Source: Schizochytrium sp. TIO01
Taxonomy: Eukaryota; Protista; Bigyra: Labyrinthulomycetes
Direction: 5' to 3'
Length of the DNA: 64,000 nt
Assembly (NCBI GenBank): GCA_004764695.1
Contig: SMSO01000036.1
Coordinates: forward strand, 1,426,001 to 1,490,000
Below the pieces are notes generated by a model that did not search any database, was not told the origin of the DNA, and saw only the letters and a list, made by a program, of their open reading frames with translations. This document shows positions 24,355 through 35,829 of this stretch, in pieces. The translations under genes and the position numbers were made by a program. Each line of letters starts with the position of its first letter. Within the stretch, counting starts at the first letter, position 1.

Positions 24355-25638
24355 TTACTTGAAGGCAGTTGAGGCCGACAATATTTTGGCTAGAGAGGCA
24401 TAGGGTCTGTTCGGCATTTCCGGATCATAAATTTGCACAATTTCGTATTTTCGGCGGTTCAGAAGCAATGTGTTGACGCGATAAAAAGCACGCAACCATT
24501 GCTGCTCTGTTTTGGGCATCCGATGAATCTTGGGGTCTAGGACGAGGAGTGCAAGGGGTTCCCCTGTTACCAAGCTCTTTTCCGCACCTACAATCACGGA
24601 GGAGTGACCCTGCCACTGTAAGTACAGTGGATAGCGTCCTACTTGCTCAGGCCCAAATGTATCAAGCGCAAATTGAATCACACCTAGTCCTGCCTCAGGG
24701 CCCTGGAATGTGTGAATAGTAGTTGGTATATTACTTGCACGCAAAGCCGAAGCAATTTCTGTGGTTCCGATCCAGCGTTTTTTGCCAATAAGTGACCCTC
24801 CAAAGTCTTCTGCGCCTTCCGGATCAAAGCCTTGAGACCATGCGTCTGTCACGGCACGTTGGATCGTTCGCAAATCAGGAACAACTTCTGCACCAAGTCC
24901 GCCAAATAACTGCGCCAATCGTAGGGAAGGGGTTTCACTAGCCGCAGCTCCAAGGAGCATTTGTAAACTACCGTAACCACAGCTCCATGCTTCTGTTTGA
25001 GGCAATAGCCGCATCTCTTTCGCACGTGCTAACAGAACTATTGTTTCTCGAGCTGTTGCAGTGCCTGCGTACTTCTCTAAAGATGATCGCCAAGATTTGG
25101 AGCTGGCCCACCGGGGGTCTGATTTGAATGAAAATCGCGATTCTATTCTATTTGGGTGACTTGCTGAGGAGTTTCCTGATTCGAGTTGGGCTGCCCCAAC
25201 ACCTTCATCTTGGAGGCCATTCTCTTGTTTGGACAGCTCTGCTGCAAGTTGCCGCGCCAACATTTCATCAGCTTGGCACGCAAGCTCCTTTTCTCGCTGC
25301 TGATCTTCCTCGAGTTGTTTGCGGGACTTTTCCTCCTCGAGTTTCTTCTGGCGCAGGCGTCGCTTGCGGTTTTTGCGCCGTGCCCAGCACGACCCCTCGT
25401 CAACATCGTTCGCCTCCAGAACCTCCACGTCGTCCGCATCGCAATATATGTGATGCCCACCTGTGTTCCCGCCCTCCAAACTCATCATGGAGTCGTCTTT
25501 TTCTTTTCTCGAGCTCCGAGTTGCTTGAGCTTCGTGTACGGAGTCCTCGACTTGAGTTTGTTGCTCATCTTCATCTACAAGGTCCACAACGTTGCTCTCC
25601 TCGATAGCTGAAGCCCGGGTAGACAGTGGGTCTGCCAT
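24355..25638 (-). CDS. ZUP1: ZUP1/ZUFSP-like peptidase C78 deubiquitinase
   Basis: WSCGYGSLQML (catalytic Cys), WIGTTEI, LYLQWQGHSSVIVG (His), LLVLDP (Asp); MIU-like DEMLARQLAAE. Start placed at MADPLS (25638); the ORF is open to 25758. Confidence 0.88.
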   Translation of the reverse strand: MADPLSTRASAIEESNVVDLVDEDEQQTQVEDSVHEAQATRSSRKEKDDSMMSLEGGNTGGHHIYCDADDVEVLEANDVDEGSCWARRKNRKRRLRQKKLEEEKSRKQLEEDQQREKELACQADEMLARQLAAELSKQENGLQDEGVGAAQLESGNSSASHPNRIESRFSFKSDPRWASSKSWRSSLEKYAGTATARETIVLLARAKEMRLLPQTEAWSCGYGSLQMLLGAAASETPSLRLAQLFGGLGAEVVPDLRTIQRAVTDAWSQGFDPEGAEDFGGSLIGKKRWIGTTEIASALRASNIPTTIHTFQGPEAGLGVIQFALDTFGPEQVGRYPLYLQWQGHSSVIVGAEKSLVTGEPLALLVLDPKIHRMPKTEQQWLRAFYRVNTLLLNRRKYEIVQIYDPEMPNRPYASLAKILSASTAFK

Positions 25639-26535
25639 GGGCCAGAACAACCACGACCTAGTCTCTGCCAACTCTGAACACGTCTTGCAACCGTGCCAAG
25701 GTCGATACCTGCTAAACCGCAATTCGTGTTTGGCCGCTGCCTTCGTTCTTAATTTCATTGGTTAGTCTTGGTTGTTTCTGCATTACCTGCGCCTAAGACA
25801 CCCTAATGTTGCACTTTGAGATTGACGCTCACATACAAATGTTATATAGATTTATTCCGGTCGTAAATGACCTACGTTGACGCCTCTTCAATCAAACATC
25901 ATGATTCTTATCATGCGATAAGACGACGAGGCATACCACACTCTTCAGCGGAAAGTGATTGGGTGCTGGTGACGCCTGGAACTGGTACTTCAGGTCTTTT
26001 CGGTGATCGTTTTTAATATATTCATTTCTGAGCTGATCGATTGTTTGCTGAGTTCTTGCGAGTCACAAGCGTGGTGTAGTGCACTCCTGCTTGATTGCTA
26101 ATAAGAGGCTCTGCAAGGTATTCTGGATGGATGATGGGACACCGGTAGTTGTAGAGGCTTAGTTTTATCTACGGAAAATGAGAGTGCTGATTATTGGGGT
26201 CACGCCTATTTGCCAAAAGAAGTAGTAGTAGGAAGCTCTCGAAGCGAATCGTAAAAGAGGTCATTTGCAAATAGTTACCTGAAATGTCCTTCCACGGCCT
26301 CGGAGAAGTGCCGATCTGGGGTTTTCCATATTGCGAAGCCCAGGCCTTAAGTCTTGACAGCTCCAAGCTATATAGACTGGTCGAGTTCATATGAATACTA
26401 ACAAGTTTAGCTTTTTCTGTTTAAAATGCAAACAAAGGCAGAGCAAGAGAAAGGGGAAAAATAATGAGGGCGCGATAATCAACTATTACTATTTCTTTCT
26501 TTTTGATCTGTTTGTAGAAGTAGTTATAGCTTCAC

Positions 26536-28056
26536 TTATGATGAGAAAAAGCGAATACGGATAGGTTCGCATGGCTTAATGTTACCACTATTGATGGTGT
26601 AACTCGGAATTGTCTCATTGGCCAACTCAATATGATCAAAGGACTGCACGATATTGGCTAAAATTGTACGGGCCATTGCCCAGAAGAAACTTTGACCAAG
26701 GCAAGCACGATCACCAAACGCAAACGGAATGAACTGTCCTGGGTGGCGAGACTTTACTGCTTCCTTGCTGAAATGAAGTTCCGGATTAAACTCTTGTGGT
26801 CTATCCCAAGCATTGGGGTCGTTGTGTAAGTGGACGATCGGTATAAGAGTTACACTGTCCTTTGGCACAATAAGATTGCCTTCAAAGCTGAGATCTTCTG
26901 TTGTGAGACGGGCGAGAGCGAAAGCAGGAGGGTACATGCGTAAAGCCTCAGATAGTACCATGTCCAAATACTCAAGGTGTTTAAAATCGTCGAGGGTTAC
27001 TTGGCGGCCATTAGGACAGGCACGCTCGACTTCATCTTTAAGTTTAGTCCATATACGCGGGTTCTTTGCAAGCAATGCCATGCACCATTGCAGGGCTACT
27101 GAAGAGGTCTCGTGGGCAGCTGAAAAAAGAACGAATGATTCATCGCGCAGTTCTTTGCGCGTAAATTGTGGCGAGCTCTTGTCAGGCCCAATAAGGAGAT
27201 CTAGAAAATCCTCACGGCCTTCCTGGGTTTGTGTTTTACCGCTGAGACGATCATCGATGCATTTGTAAAGTACCTCATCGATGATTGAGATAGTTCTCCA
27301 ATTGATTAATTTGAGGAGGCGAGCACCGGTTGTTCCAAGTACAGACATTAGAGGATGGTTAAAAAGGGTTGGGAGATGAGTAAATGCTTCGAAAATATGA
27401 TGGTTTTTACCATACTGGGTACCCATTTCTTGTCCAAAACCAGCACCCGTGACAAGGTCAAAGTTTGCTGAAGCAACGGCTTTCGTAAAGTCAACTTCCC
27501 CATTCTTTTCGCATTGAGTCCGCAAAACCTCATTGAGCCTTGAACTAGAGTTTGAAAACCAAGAGGAAAACGATCTCATCATATTTGCCGAGAACCCATG
27601 GGATAGTTTCATTCGGCGGTGTTTCCACGATGCCCCATTCCGAGTGGTTATATTGTCGCCAATCAATACTGCTAGTGCGTCAAAGAACGTGGACGGGTGC
27701 GGTGTCTTTGCCAGACTCTTGATGCAGAACTCGGGAGAGAATGCCACAACAACTGTCACAAACAGAACACGGATTTTCACGATAGGTCCAAACTTGCGAT
27801 GCACCGCGTCGAACGATCCAACAAGCGAGGACATATTCAAGCTCGTCTTGCCGCTCTGAGCAAGCTCAGCCCTCGTGTTGCCCGAGTTATCTAACTTCAA
27901 GAGTGCAGGCAGCGACCCCAACAGCCAGTGGTCCTTCGGGCCCGGCAGCTGGATCTGTCGGAAATGTCTCGCCACACGCCACGCATACAAGAGGGCGAGG
28001 CATAGGGATGCCAGCAGCCCTCTCGTAGCCAAGCTCGTGAACTTCGATCGTGGCAT
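26536..28056 (-). CDS. Cytochrome P450 (copy 1)
   Basis: N-terminal anchor + LPGP, I-helix AAHETS, K-helix EALR, heme motif FAFGDRACLG. Confidence 0.97.
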   Translation of the reverse strand: MPRSKFTSLATRGLLASLCLALLYAWRVARHFRQIQLPGPKDHWLLGSLPALLKLDNSGNTRAELAQSGKTSLNMSSLVGSFDAVHRKFGPIVKIRVLFVTVVVAFSPEFCIKSLAKTPHPSTFFDALAVLIGDNITTRNGASWKHRRMKLSHGFSANMMRSFSSWFSNSSSRLNEVLRTQCEKNGEVDFTKAVASANFDLVTGAGFGQEMGTQYGKNHHIFEAFTHLPTLFNHPLMSVLGTTGARLLKLINWRTISIIDEVLYKCIDDRLSGKTQTQEGREDFLDLLIGPDKSSPQFTRKELRDESFVLFSAAHETSSVALQWCMALLAKNPRIWTKLKDEVERACPNGRQVTLDDFKHLEYLDMVLSEALRMYPPAFALARLTTEDLSFEGNLIVPKDSVTLIPIVHLHNDPNAWDRPQEFNPELHFSKEAVKSRHPGQFIPFAFGDRACLGQSFFWAMARTILANIVQSFDHIELANETIPSYTINSGNIKPCEPIRIRFFSS

Positions 28057-28529
28057 CGTGCTTATATTGGTTTTGCTGAGCTGCGTACCCGGTTTGATTG
28101 AGACTGTGGTGCACCACTGTGGGTTACAGTGTTGATAACTTTAACACGTTATTCGCTAACTTAGTGAAGCGTATTACTTTTTCAGATTCACCATATTAGC
28201 CCTTAATTGGCATACTCTTATCTGACTATTAGTAGTGCTCACGAAGTGTTTAGAAAATCAAACCAAAGCGTATTCACATTTTGCGCGTCCGGAGCGCTTA
28301 AGCCCGCAAAACTTGCACGTTCAGCTTTCTCTATATCACCAAAGTCATCTAGTCCATAAAGTTTTTTGGGACATCATTCATCAGACGTTTTGTTTTATTT
28401 TTGTTACTTTATGAATAACATTAAGTTTATAATCATTGTAGTAGGTAGCAGCAATTGAGCGGTAAGGCTTCTATTTTAAAATTATTTTATTTTATTTTAA
28501 ATTAAAGTTCTGCCAAAGGAGTAAGTAAG

Positions 28530-28662
<133 letters not shown>

Positions 28663-29667
28663 ACATGGTGGGAATAACATGTTGAAAAAGACGAGCGTAA
28701 TATTTGTAGGTAGTAGGTGCCACACCTAAAGCGAGAGAGCCGCAATCCTCGTTGCGACTCGTTTACTCGAATCAACCATATGAAAAGGCAGATGATAGGA
28801 TGGTAGCCCATTTCTTCGATGTTTACTCTTCTCCACAAGTGCTCTGATTCACTCACCTCTATGGGCATTTTCATTCATTTTCATTCATTGACGGAGAACA
28901 ATATTCCCAATCGCACAGCTTTCTCTCTCTCTCTTTTTTTTAATTTTTTTTAAATTCTTTTAAGTAACACACAAATCGGCTGAGTCAGGCGGAATGAAGA
29001 AAAGACAACTTTTTCAACTAACCTAACGTTGAGCCCGAAATCAATCGACTTGAATAGTTCAAGTTACTAATGGTGCTTCTGCCGTGCAGGAGCGTGGACT
29101 TCTGAAAGTTGCGGCAGTTGTAGAAATTATGAACAGGTGCGAGAGGACCAAAAATGACGGGGCTGAACCAGAGTCAGCACCGAAGAAGGAGGAACATTTC
29201 ACCCATGTCGCAAGAACAACAAAGGACGCTGGAAACTGTCAATTGGAAATGATCGAAGCAACCTCTAAGGCAGCGAGCGATGACGAAGACGCGCTCATAC
29301 TCACAAAGGAGCCAAGAATGTAGACAAAAGTTCTAGCTATTACAAAACATCCATGAGGCTTTTATGAAGAGTTTGTGCCAAACAAAGAGTGCCGATCCAG
29401 TTTTAGGGTTTGTTCAACTTGCTCCGGCTGACGGACCTTGGCAGGAATCAAACAAGCTCAAGCATAACATAACATAAATTCAAGCATCATGGTTGTCGGA
29501 TTGAACAACCCGACTCGATACTTGAGGCATAATAAATGAAGTACCTTCCTCCCTACCATGTATAGAAAAGCTAGCAGTGCAAGGATTGGGAAGAGTGTGT
29601 TCATTGAGGAGCAGACTCTTGGTTAACAACTTTAATGACCTTAATTTGTACTACTTTGTAAGGAGCT

Positions 29668-31200
29668 TCATGCGGATTCTCTCTCGAAAAAACGAAGCTT
29701 GATATGCTCAACAGGGTGCAGCGTACCTGTAGACATCGTGAAATCAGGAACGTCATTGTTGACGAGTTCCACGCGATCGAAGTTTCGCGCAAGCTCGGCA
29801 AGGATAATGCGGCCCTCCACCCAGAAGAAGTTACGACCGATACAGGTACGTTCACCAAACGAAAAAGGTGAATATTGGATAGGGTGGCGTGAAGCAACGG
29901 CCTCAGGACTAAAATGCAAATCTGGGTCGAAATCATTCGGCTTCTCCCATACTTGAGGATCACGATGCAGCTGAGCAGTTGGAAACATAACGTCAGCCCC
30001 CTTTGGAATCACATGGCCGGTCTCTGTGACGAGGTCTTCAGGTGCGACCTTGGTGAGAGCAAACGTAGGTGGGTACATCCGCAAGGATTCCATGAACACC
30101 CGTTGCATGTACTCAAGCTCCTTGATTTTGTCGAATGTGATCTCTTCACCATTAGGAAACACACGGAGAACCTCTTCTTGTACCTTGTCCCAAATTTTGG
30201 GATGCTTTGCAAGGAGAGCGAGACACCACTGCATTGAGAGAGCTGTCGTGTCAAAACCTGCCACAAAAAATAGAAGCACCTCATCGCATATTTCTGCTCT
30301 GGAAAGCTGGTTCTTTGCATTTGCATTCAACAGCAAATCAAGAAAATCGTGTTGACCATCTGGGCTTTTGGTTTCGCCTTTGATACGCCGATCTATGGCA
30401 TCACAGATTGTCGCATCAACGAGACGATATGTGCGGAAGTAGAGAAGTCGCAGCAGGTGAGTCCCCAGAAATCCGCCAAAGTTTCCCAGAGGGTGGACCA
30501 ACAGAGGCAAAATGCGATCAAAAGCAGCTGCACGCTCCTCATTTTTGCCATGAAGGGTGTCCATATCGTACCCAAAACCAGCGCGCGTGATAATGTCGAA
30601 GGTAGCCCGCTTTACAAGATCGCTGAAGTCGACTTCATGGTCTGAACACATACGATCTTTGACAACTGAGACCAGGTCATGGCTTGAGCTGAGAAACCAC
30701 GGCATGAATGACCGGATCATCTTTGGCGCAAAGCCAGGAGACAAGATTGTCCGGCGCTTGCGCCAGTCTTCTCCATTGCGTGTGACGAGTCCATCGCCAA
30801 AGAGAATAGCCATTCTTCTATACAGTTCCGGTTTGGGCGATTTGGCCATCGTTTCAAAGAGAGCAGCATTAAAGCACAATGTAAACACTTTTGTGAATAC
30901 ACGAAATTTGGTGTACGTGCCATACTTGTCCTTCAGCTTTTGAAAAATAGCAAGTCTGTCTGATCCATCGTTGCCGCTCGAATTTTCTTGAACGAGGTTC
31001 TTCAGTTCTAGCGCAGACCCGAACAGCCAGTGATTTTCAGGTCCAGGGAGATGAATCGAGTCATAGCTCTTCTTGGATTGACGCAATTGATAATTGAACG
31101 CCAGAAATGCACTTAGAATGCTCGCCAAGAATGCTCTCTTGATCCATCTCAGGACAAGGGCTGGCATACCTGGCCGTGAGAGTGTTGACATTTCCGCCAT
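29668..31200 (-). CDS. Cytochrome P450 (copy 2, tandem paralogue)
   Basis: LPGP, I-helix AGFDTT, K-helix ESLR, heme motif FSFGERTCIG; aligns along its length with copy 1. Confidence 0.97.
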   Translation of the reverse strand: MAEMSTLSRPGMPALVLRWIKRAFLASILSAFLAFNYQLRQSKKSYDSIHLPGPENHWLFGSALELKNLVQENSSGNDGSDRLAIFQKLKDKYGTYTKFRVFTKVFTLCFNAALFETMAKSPKPELYRRMAILFGDGLVTRNGEDWRKRRTILSPGFAPKMIRSFMPWFLSSSHDLVSVVKDRMCSDHEVDFSDLVKRATFDIITRAGFGYDMDTLHGKNEERAAAFDRILPLLVHPLGNFGGFLGTHLLRLLYFRTYRLVDATICDAIDRRIKGETKSPDGQHDFLDLLLNANAKNQLSRAEICDEVLLFFVAGFDTTALSMQWCLALLAKHPKIWDKVQEEVLRVFPNGEEITFDKIKELEYMQRVFMESLRMYPPTFALTKVAPEDLVTETGHVIPKGADVMFPTAQLHRDPQVWEKPNDFDPDLHFSPEAVASRHPIQYSPFSFGERTCIGRNFFWVEGRIILAELARNFDRVELVNNDVPDFTMSTGTLHPVEHIKLRFFERESA

Positions 31201-32204
31201 TCTCCACAGATCTAGTTGATGCTCTCTCGCTCAGTTATTAACCTCAAATGGCTGCTCCTATTCACCGAAGTTATCTTCTTCAATCGAAGGTTATGCAGAT
31301 ACCCGAACGATTATGTTTTGTTGAGAGAATTTGCTCTGTTTTGACTTCTTGCAGGTCTCAAGTGCTGTACTGTTTCATCAGTATAAATTCAGCAAAAGAT
31401 TGTCGTTGCAGCTCTTGACAATGTCACTATTTTGGGGCACTCATCTTTTACCACGGAAAGACAATCACAGTAGTCAGGGGTTACTCGTGGCAAACAATCC
31501 ATAAAGATCCAAGTCAAAGCGTATAATGACAAGAGGAACTGTCGCTCTCTAACGGAACCTGGATCCGTTTCATGGCTTAATTAAATGTTCGCTTCGGGCC
31601 AACCCACTCACTGCTGCGCTACCTACAGAAAGAAAAAGTGCTGTGCTTGAATACCTCAGAAATGCCTCAATTCAGTCCTCTTCTTTTTCTTGATTTTGTA
31701 ATTTTATCTTTTTAATCAAAAATAAAGGTTTTAATGAAGTATTACGAATTTGGCATAATAGTGGCTAGAAAGTCGTTGAGTAAGATGATACCACACTCGA
31801 ATAGGACGTGGAAACCATTCATAAAAAGACAACAGAACATTGTGAGTGCCTACAGAAGGAACGATTCACGCGTTGCCAGGCGCGGACGGTGAATCACGAT
31901 TGGGGAGATGATGACTAGGATCAGTTAATACCACACAATCTCTCCTCCAGCAATGAGAGATGTTCAAAGACCAGGTGTTAATTAACAAAGAATATAGTGA
32001 GAAAGAGCAATACTAGATTTTTGCTTAACTGTGGAAACTGTACATAAACGGAAATATCATACTTTGACTTCAGTTAATTATCGAGGATTGATGGGAGTAG
32101 CATTTGACTAATGCAACAATCTTACCTACAGGAGGTATGAGACTGCGACTGACGGGGTGAAATATACAACAACGAGCTCTACTTGCCGCCAAGCTGCAAA
32201 AGAG

Positions 32205-32924
32205 TTACTGCTCTTGGAGCGGCTGCCCAATTGTGATGGCGGTATTGTGAAGCGTCGGTGAAAGGGCCTCTTGAACCATGAATTGTCCTACATCTGCCTT
32301 AGCGACTTGCTCTGCCAGTGGTGACCCATCGCTATCACTTGTACGCAGTTTCCAAGATCCAATTGGGACCTCTCCTGGGTCAAGACCACACGGCCGCACA
32401 ATCAAATAATCAATGTCTTCAGCTTGGCGAACATTGAGCTCAAGACGAGACAAATCCTGATATGCACTGCGAAGGACAGTCATAAGCATTGTGGAAAAGG
32501 CAAAGCAAATTTTCCAATTCCACTTCATTGGAGGCCAATCCTCATTGATACCTACTGATGAAATACATACAAGCCTCTTCACTTTATTCTCTTGCATCGC
32601 TTGTATCACATTGGCGGTTCCTTGAGCCCCAAATCGTTCAAACCCTATCTGTCTGTTCCCCAGCGTGGACACGACAGCTTCGGCACCTCGCATTGCTTCC
32701 TTGAGGCTTGAAGTATCGTTTGCAGGATCTGCCTGGAACTTGGTGAGCCTTGGCGAATGAAGCAGGTCTTCGTTGAGGATCTCACTTAGCATATCAGGAT
32801 CACTTGCCACAACCCGGACATTCACGTCATCTTGACGTAAAGCATGAGCCACAGCATGTCTTCCAGGATCTCCGATCCCTCCTTTCTGAAACACAACAAC
32901 CAAGACTCTCATCGGCAAACCCAT
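32205..32924 (-). CDS. NAD(P)-binding Rossmann protein (flavin reductase/BLVRB-like atypical SDR)
   Basis: MRVLVV..GGIGDPG, EAMRGAEAVVSTLG, VKRLVCISSVG, DYLIVRPCGL, VAKADVG; start likely 32924 or 32912. Confidence 0.85.
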   Translation of the reverse strand: MGLPMRVLVVVFQKGGIGDPGRHAVAHALRQDDVNVRVVASDPDMLSEILNEDLLHSPRLTKFQADPANDTSSLKEAMRGAEAVVSTLGNRQIGFERFGAQGTANVIQAMQENKVKRLVCISSVGINEDWPPMKWNWKICFAFSTMLMTVLRSAYQDLSRLELNVRQAEDIDYLIVRPCGLDPGEVPIGSWKLRTSDSDGSPLAEQVAKADVGQFMVQEALSPTLHNTAITIGQPLQEQ

Positions 32925-33019
32925 ATTCAAGATCGATTCCAGCCTGAAACCCAAGCCTTTGCCCCAGATCTTCTCGTTCCAAGCTCTCGCTTCAAGCAAG
33001 TTTATTCTCAGTATTCCTG

Positions 33020-33480
33020 TCCGCAGCACCTGCTCAAGGCCGAGGTCCGCCTTCGGCTTTCTCCTTGGTTAGCTCCTTGCTCTTCGCAGGCTCGCGCAAG
33101 GCAGGTCGCAGCTGCGAACTGCCCGCACTCACTTCTGCAACCCAAACGTGTTCTGCACCTTTCCAAGGTTCTTGCGTGCATGGATATATGCATTCGAGTT
33201 TATGCGCGTGCTTTCCTCTGTTCCGCAACCCATTTTCAAACTGCCTTTGGTACCAATTTAGAGCTGGGTACCATGTGCGCAACCCAATTTATGTATACCC
33301 TTTGGCTTTGCTTGGCAAGTGAAAACTGAGAAGTTAGTTGTTGGCGGAGACCATTGCATTCCCTCGCTGGATGCGCGCCCTGACTGACAGACAGCTGCTT
33401 GTACGCTCGAGGCAATCGCTGAAGGGGGACTGCGTGACACGGGGCGTGGGCCGCTCGCTAGCAGGTGGGTTGTCCATGGG
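33020..33480 (+). mobile_element. Fossil LINE RT fragment
   Basis: VRLRLSPWL, AGSRKAGRSC (33086-33115; cf. QAGFRKGRSC), RWMRALTDRQLLVR....VTRGV (33365-33449; cf. WIxxFLTDRxQxVR...VTSGVPQG). Confidence 0.6.
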
Positions 33481-34036
33481 CTGCTGGTCTTCTGGCAGAC
33501 TGGCAGGCGGTCAGACGAAGGCGCAGAGCAAGCGAGCAAGCCCACGTAACCGCCAGGAGAGCGTGTCAGGAGGCCCAATTATGGAGAGTAGGTACTATAT
33601 TATGTATGTGTGAGTGGGTAGTGTTTTCATGATCATCGCCATGTTCAAGAAGTCGTGCTGCTGACTGGGAGGAGCGGTGGGCCCTCGAGGTGATCCGATC
33701 AGGCTCGGTGGGATAACAGCTGTCTGTATTCGGTGTGGAGACGATTTCGGACCTGGTGGTGATGACGATATGTTGAATTAATTACTGGTGTGCGATTTCC
33801 GCAAATGCTCGGTTCATTATAATGATCAGTATGATCATGAGACGGTTGCAACTTGCGAGGAGGGAGCAAACCCGGAATCCGCTCACATCCATTCATCTGA
33901 TAAAGTCTGTGTATCCAATTGCGATCAGAGGGGGGTTCTCACTTGTGGTACACTGTGAACTTTAACGTGAAGTGGCAAGCAAGCAAGCAAGGCAGCAAGC
34001 AAAGTGGAATCGTGGGAGCGAAATTCTTCGAACATC

Positions 34037-35488
34037 ATGACAGATGGCTCGACAGTGTCCAGTGAGGAGCTGGAGAAACTCCTTGTCGAGCTTCGATTCG
34101 AGCAGCCAGAATTGACTACGAAACAGCTCACAACTGAGGCAGCGCTGCGCTTGGATGCGCCGGTGTCTCTGCGTCGTGTGCAGAAAATCCTTCGGAAAAT
34201 TAAAGAAGCCGAGGTTGGGCAAGATGACGAGGATAAAACCACTCAACAAGAACAAAACACCGCTCTTGATGCTGATCAAGCTCAAAAGCAAACCCAAACA
34301 CAAGTTGTAAAAGAGGACCAAGAAGTTGTGACCAGATCTGATTCGGTTTCTTCGACATCAAAGAACCGCCGCAAAAAGCGCAACAAGGCGAAGAAGGGAG
34401 GTGCAACACAGCAAGAGGCAACTGAGAGCGAAACTCAATTTGAAACACAAAGATCTTCGGCATCTCAGGTTGGTAAAGCAAGCCAGGAATCTAGCGAAAG
34501 CGTTGATGCTGCCGATGAAGAGTTTTCCAAAGATATATCCAATAGCGAAGACAAATCTACTACTCCTTCAGCGGTAGAGCCAGCAACCGAGGATCGGTCT
34601 CAACAGGATCAAGAGCGAGATAGGCAACAACAAGAGGCGCAGGAAACCACCAGTACCCCAGACGATGAAGTTGATCTCGTCATTCCAAGTCAGGAAAAGG
34701 TCCCTGAGAAAGCAGTCTGTGCAATCGAAGTAGCACCAGAAGAACCCTTTGATGTAGGACTTGGCGCTTCTACACAGCCCTCTCAGGCACAGAAAGCTGC
34801 TAGTACCCCAGACGATGAAGTTGATCTCGTCATTCCAAGTCAGGAAAAGGTCCCTGAGAAAGCAATCTGTGCAATCGAAACAACACCAGAAGAGCCCTTT
34901 GATGTAGAAATGGGTTCTTCTGCTCGGCCTTCTGATGCCGTTGAAGGAAATGCTAGGCTAGACTCCATGCCACGGGCAGAGCAAGAAATAAGCACAACCA
35001 CGCGACAAGGAGGCCCACCCGCTACCCAAGCGGACCCCACAACTATGGACAATAGGAAATCGCCATCGACCTCTTCCCAATCTGAGCCGCAGCAAGCCCC
35101 AAAGCCTGCCCCCACGCTATCAACTTTGAGCGCGAAACCTTCCCAAGAAGAAGTCAATCTCGACGCCGCCACTAGTACGCCGGGTTCTGGCAGCAAGAAG
35201 GCTGGCACAGCAGCAGTTCTTGCAGATCAAGCTACCAGCTCGGATCGAGAAAAAGTTGACCCGAAAGTTCCAAGCGTCCTAGACCAGCACAAGGCCAAGG
35301 AGGAGTCCAAAAGCTCCAAGGGCTCAGGGATCGAGACTTCCTCTACAGCTGGCAAAGAAGCTCTTCCCGCGAGCAGCGAAGGCAAAGAATCTTCAGAGTC
35401 CAAGCTGCCGGCGAGCTTGCCACCAGCCCCAGCGCTTGAAACTGCGTTTAACGAAAACAACTGCAGGAATGGTTGTGTGATCATCTAA
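34037..35488 (+). CDS. Mostly disordered protein with N-terminal HTH-like segment and C-terminal CaaX (CVII)
   Basis: First ATG at 34037; long open frame; ends NNCRNGCVII*; internal duplication with 50-aa spacing. Confidence 0.8.
   Translation: MTDGSTVSSEELEKLLVELRFEQPELTTKQLTTEAALRLDAPVSLRRVQKILRKIKEAEVGQDDEDKTTQQEQNTALDADQAQKQTQTQVVKEDQEVVTRSDSVSSTSKNRRKKRNKAKKGGATQQEATESETQFETQRSSASQVGKASQESSESVDAADEEFSKDISNSEDKSTTPSAVEPATEDRSQQDQERDRQQQEAQETTSTPDDEVDLVIPSQEKVPEKAVCAIEVAPEEPFDVGLGASTQPSQAQKAASTPDDEVDLVIPSQEKVPEKAICAIETTPEEPFDVEMGSSARPSDAVEGNARLDSMPRAEQEISTTTRQGGPPATQADPTTMDNRKSPSTSSQSEPQQAPKPAPTLSTLSAKPSQEEVNLDAATSTPGSGSKKAGTAAVLADQATSSDREKVDPKVPSVLDQHKAKEESKSSKGSGIETSSTAGKEALPASSEGKESSESKLPASLPPAPALETAFNENNCRNGCVII
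34652..34907 (+). repeat. Intragenic direct duplication (two ~106-bp copies, 150-bp spacing)
   Basis: AGTACCCCAGACGATGAAG...CCCTTTGATGTAG at 34652-34757 and 34802-34907. Confidence 0.95.
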
Positions 35489-35829
35489 GATTCATGCTGT
35501 CGATGAGGAGACGATGAGTGCCGGCCACTGCAGGTCGAGCCTGCAGCAACCAAGGAAGACTGTTTGCCGCAAGCTTGTCTGGCTGGATACACCTGTATTT
35601 TATTCACGTCAGTGTCACCAAAGCCCTCAAACCAATCGTCGAATCAATCTCCATCCCCATTTCCCGTTTCGATTTCAATTTCGATTTCGATTTCGATCGC
35701 AAGTATTTCCAATAATTTCCATCTTTCCGTCATACTATTATACTATAGCTAGAGTCCCTTCTTTAATGGACCCAGAATCCACATTCCCTCGCACAACTTA
35801 CTTGAGCACAGTCTTGTGAACGTGCTCTG

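Noticed and set aside
29084-29323. Small ORF between the two P450s
   Set aside because: Short, no motif and no support
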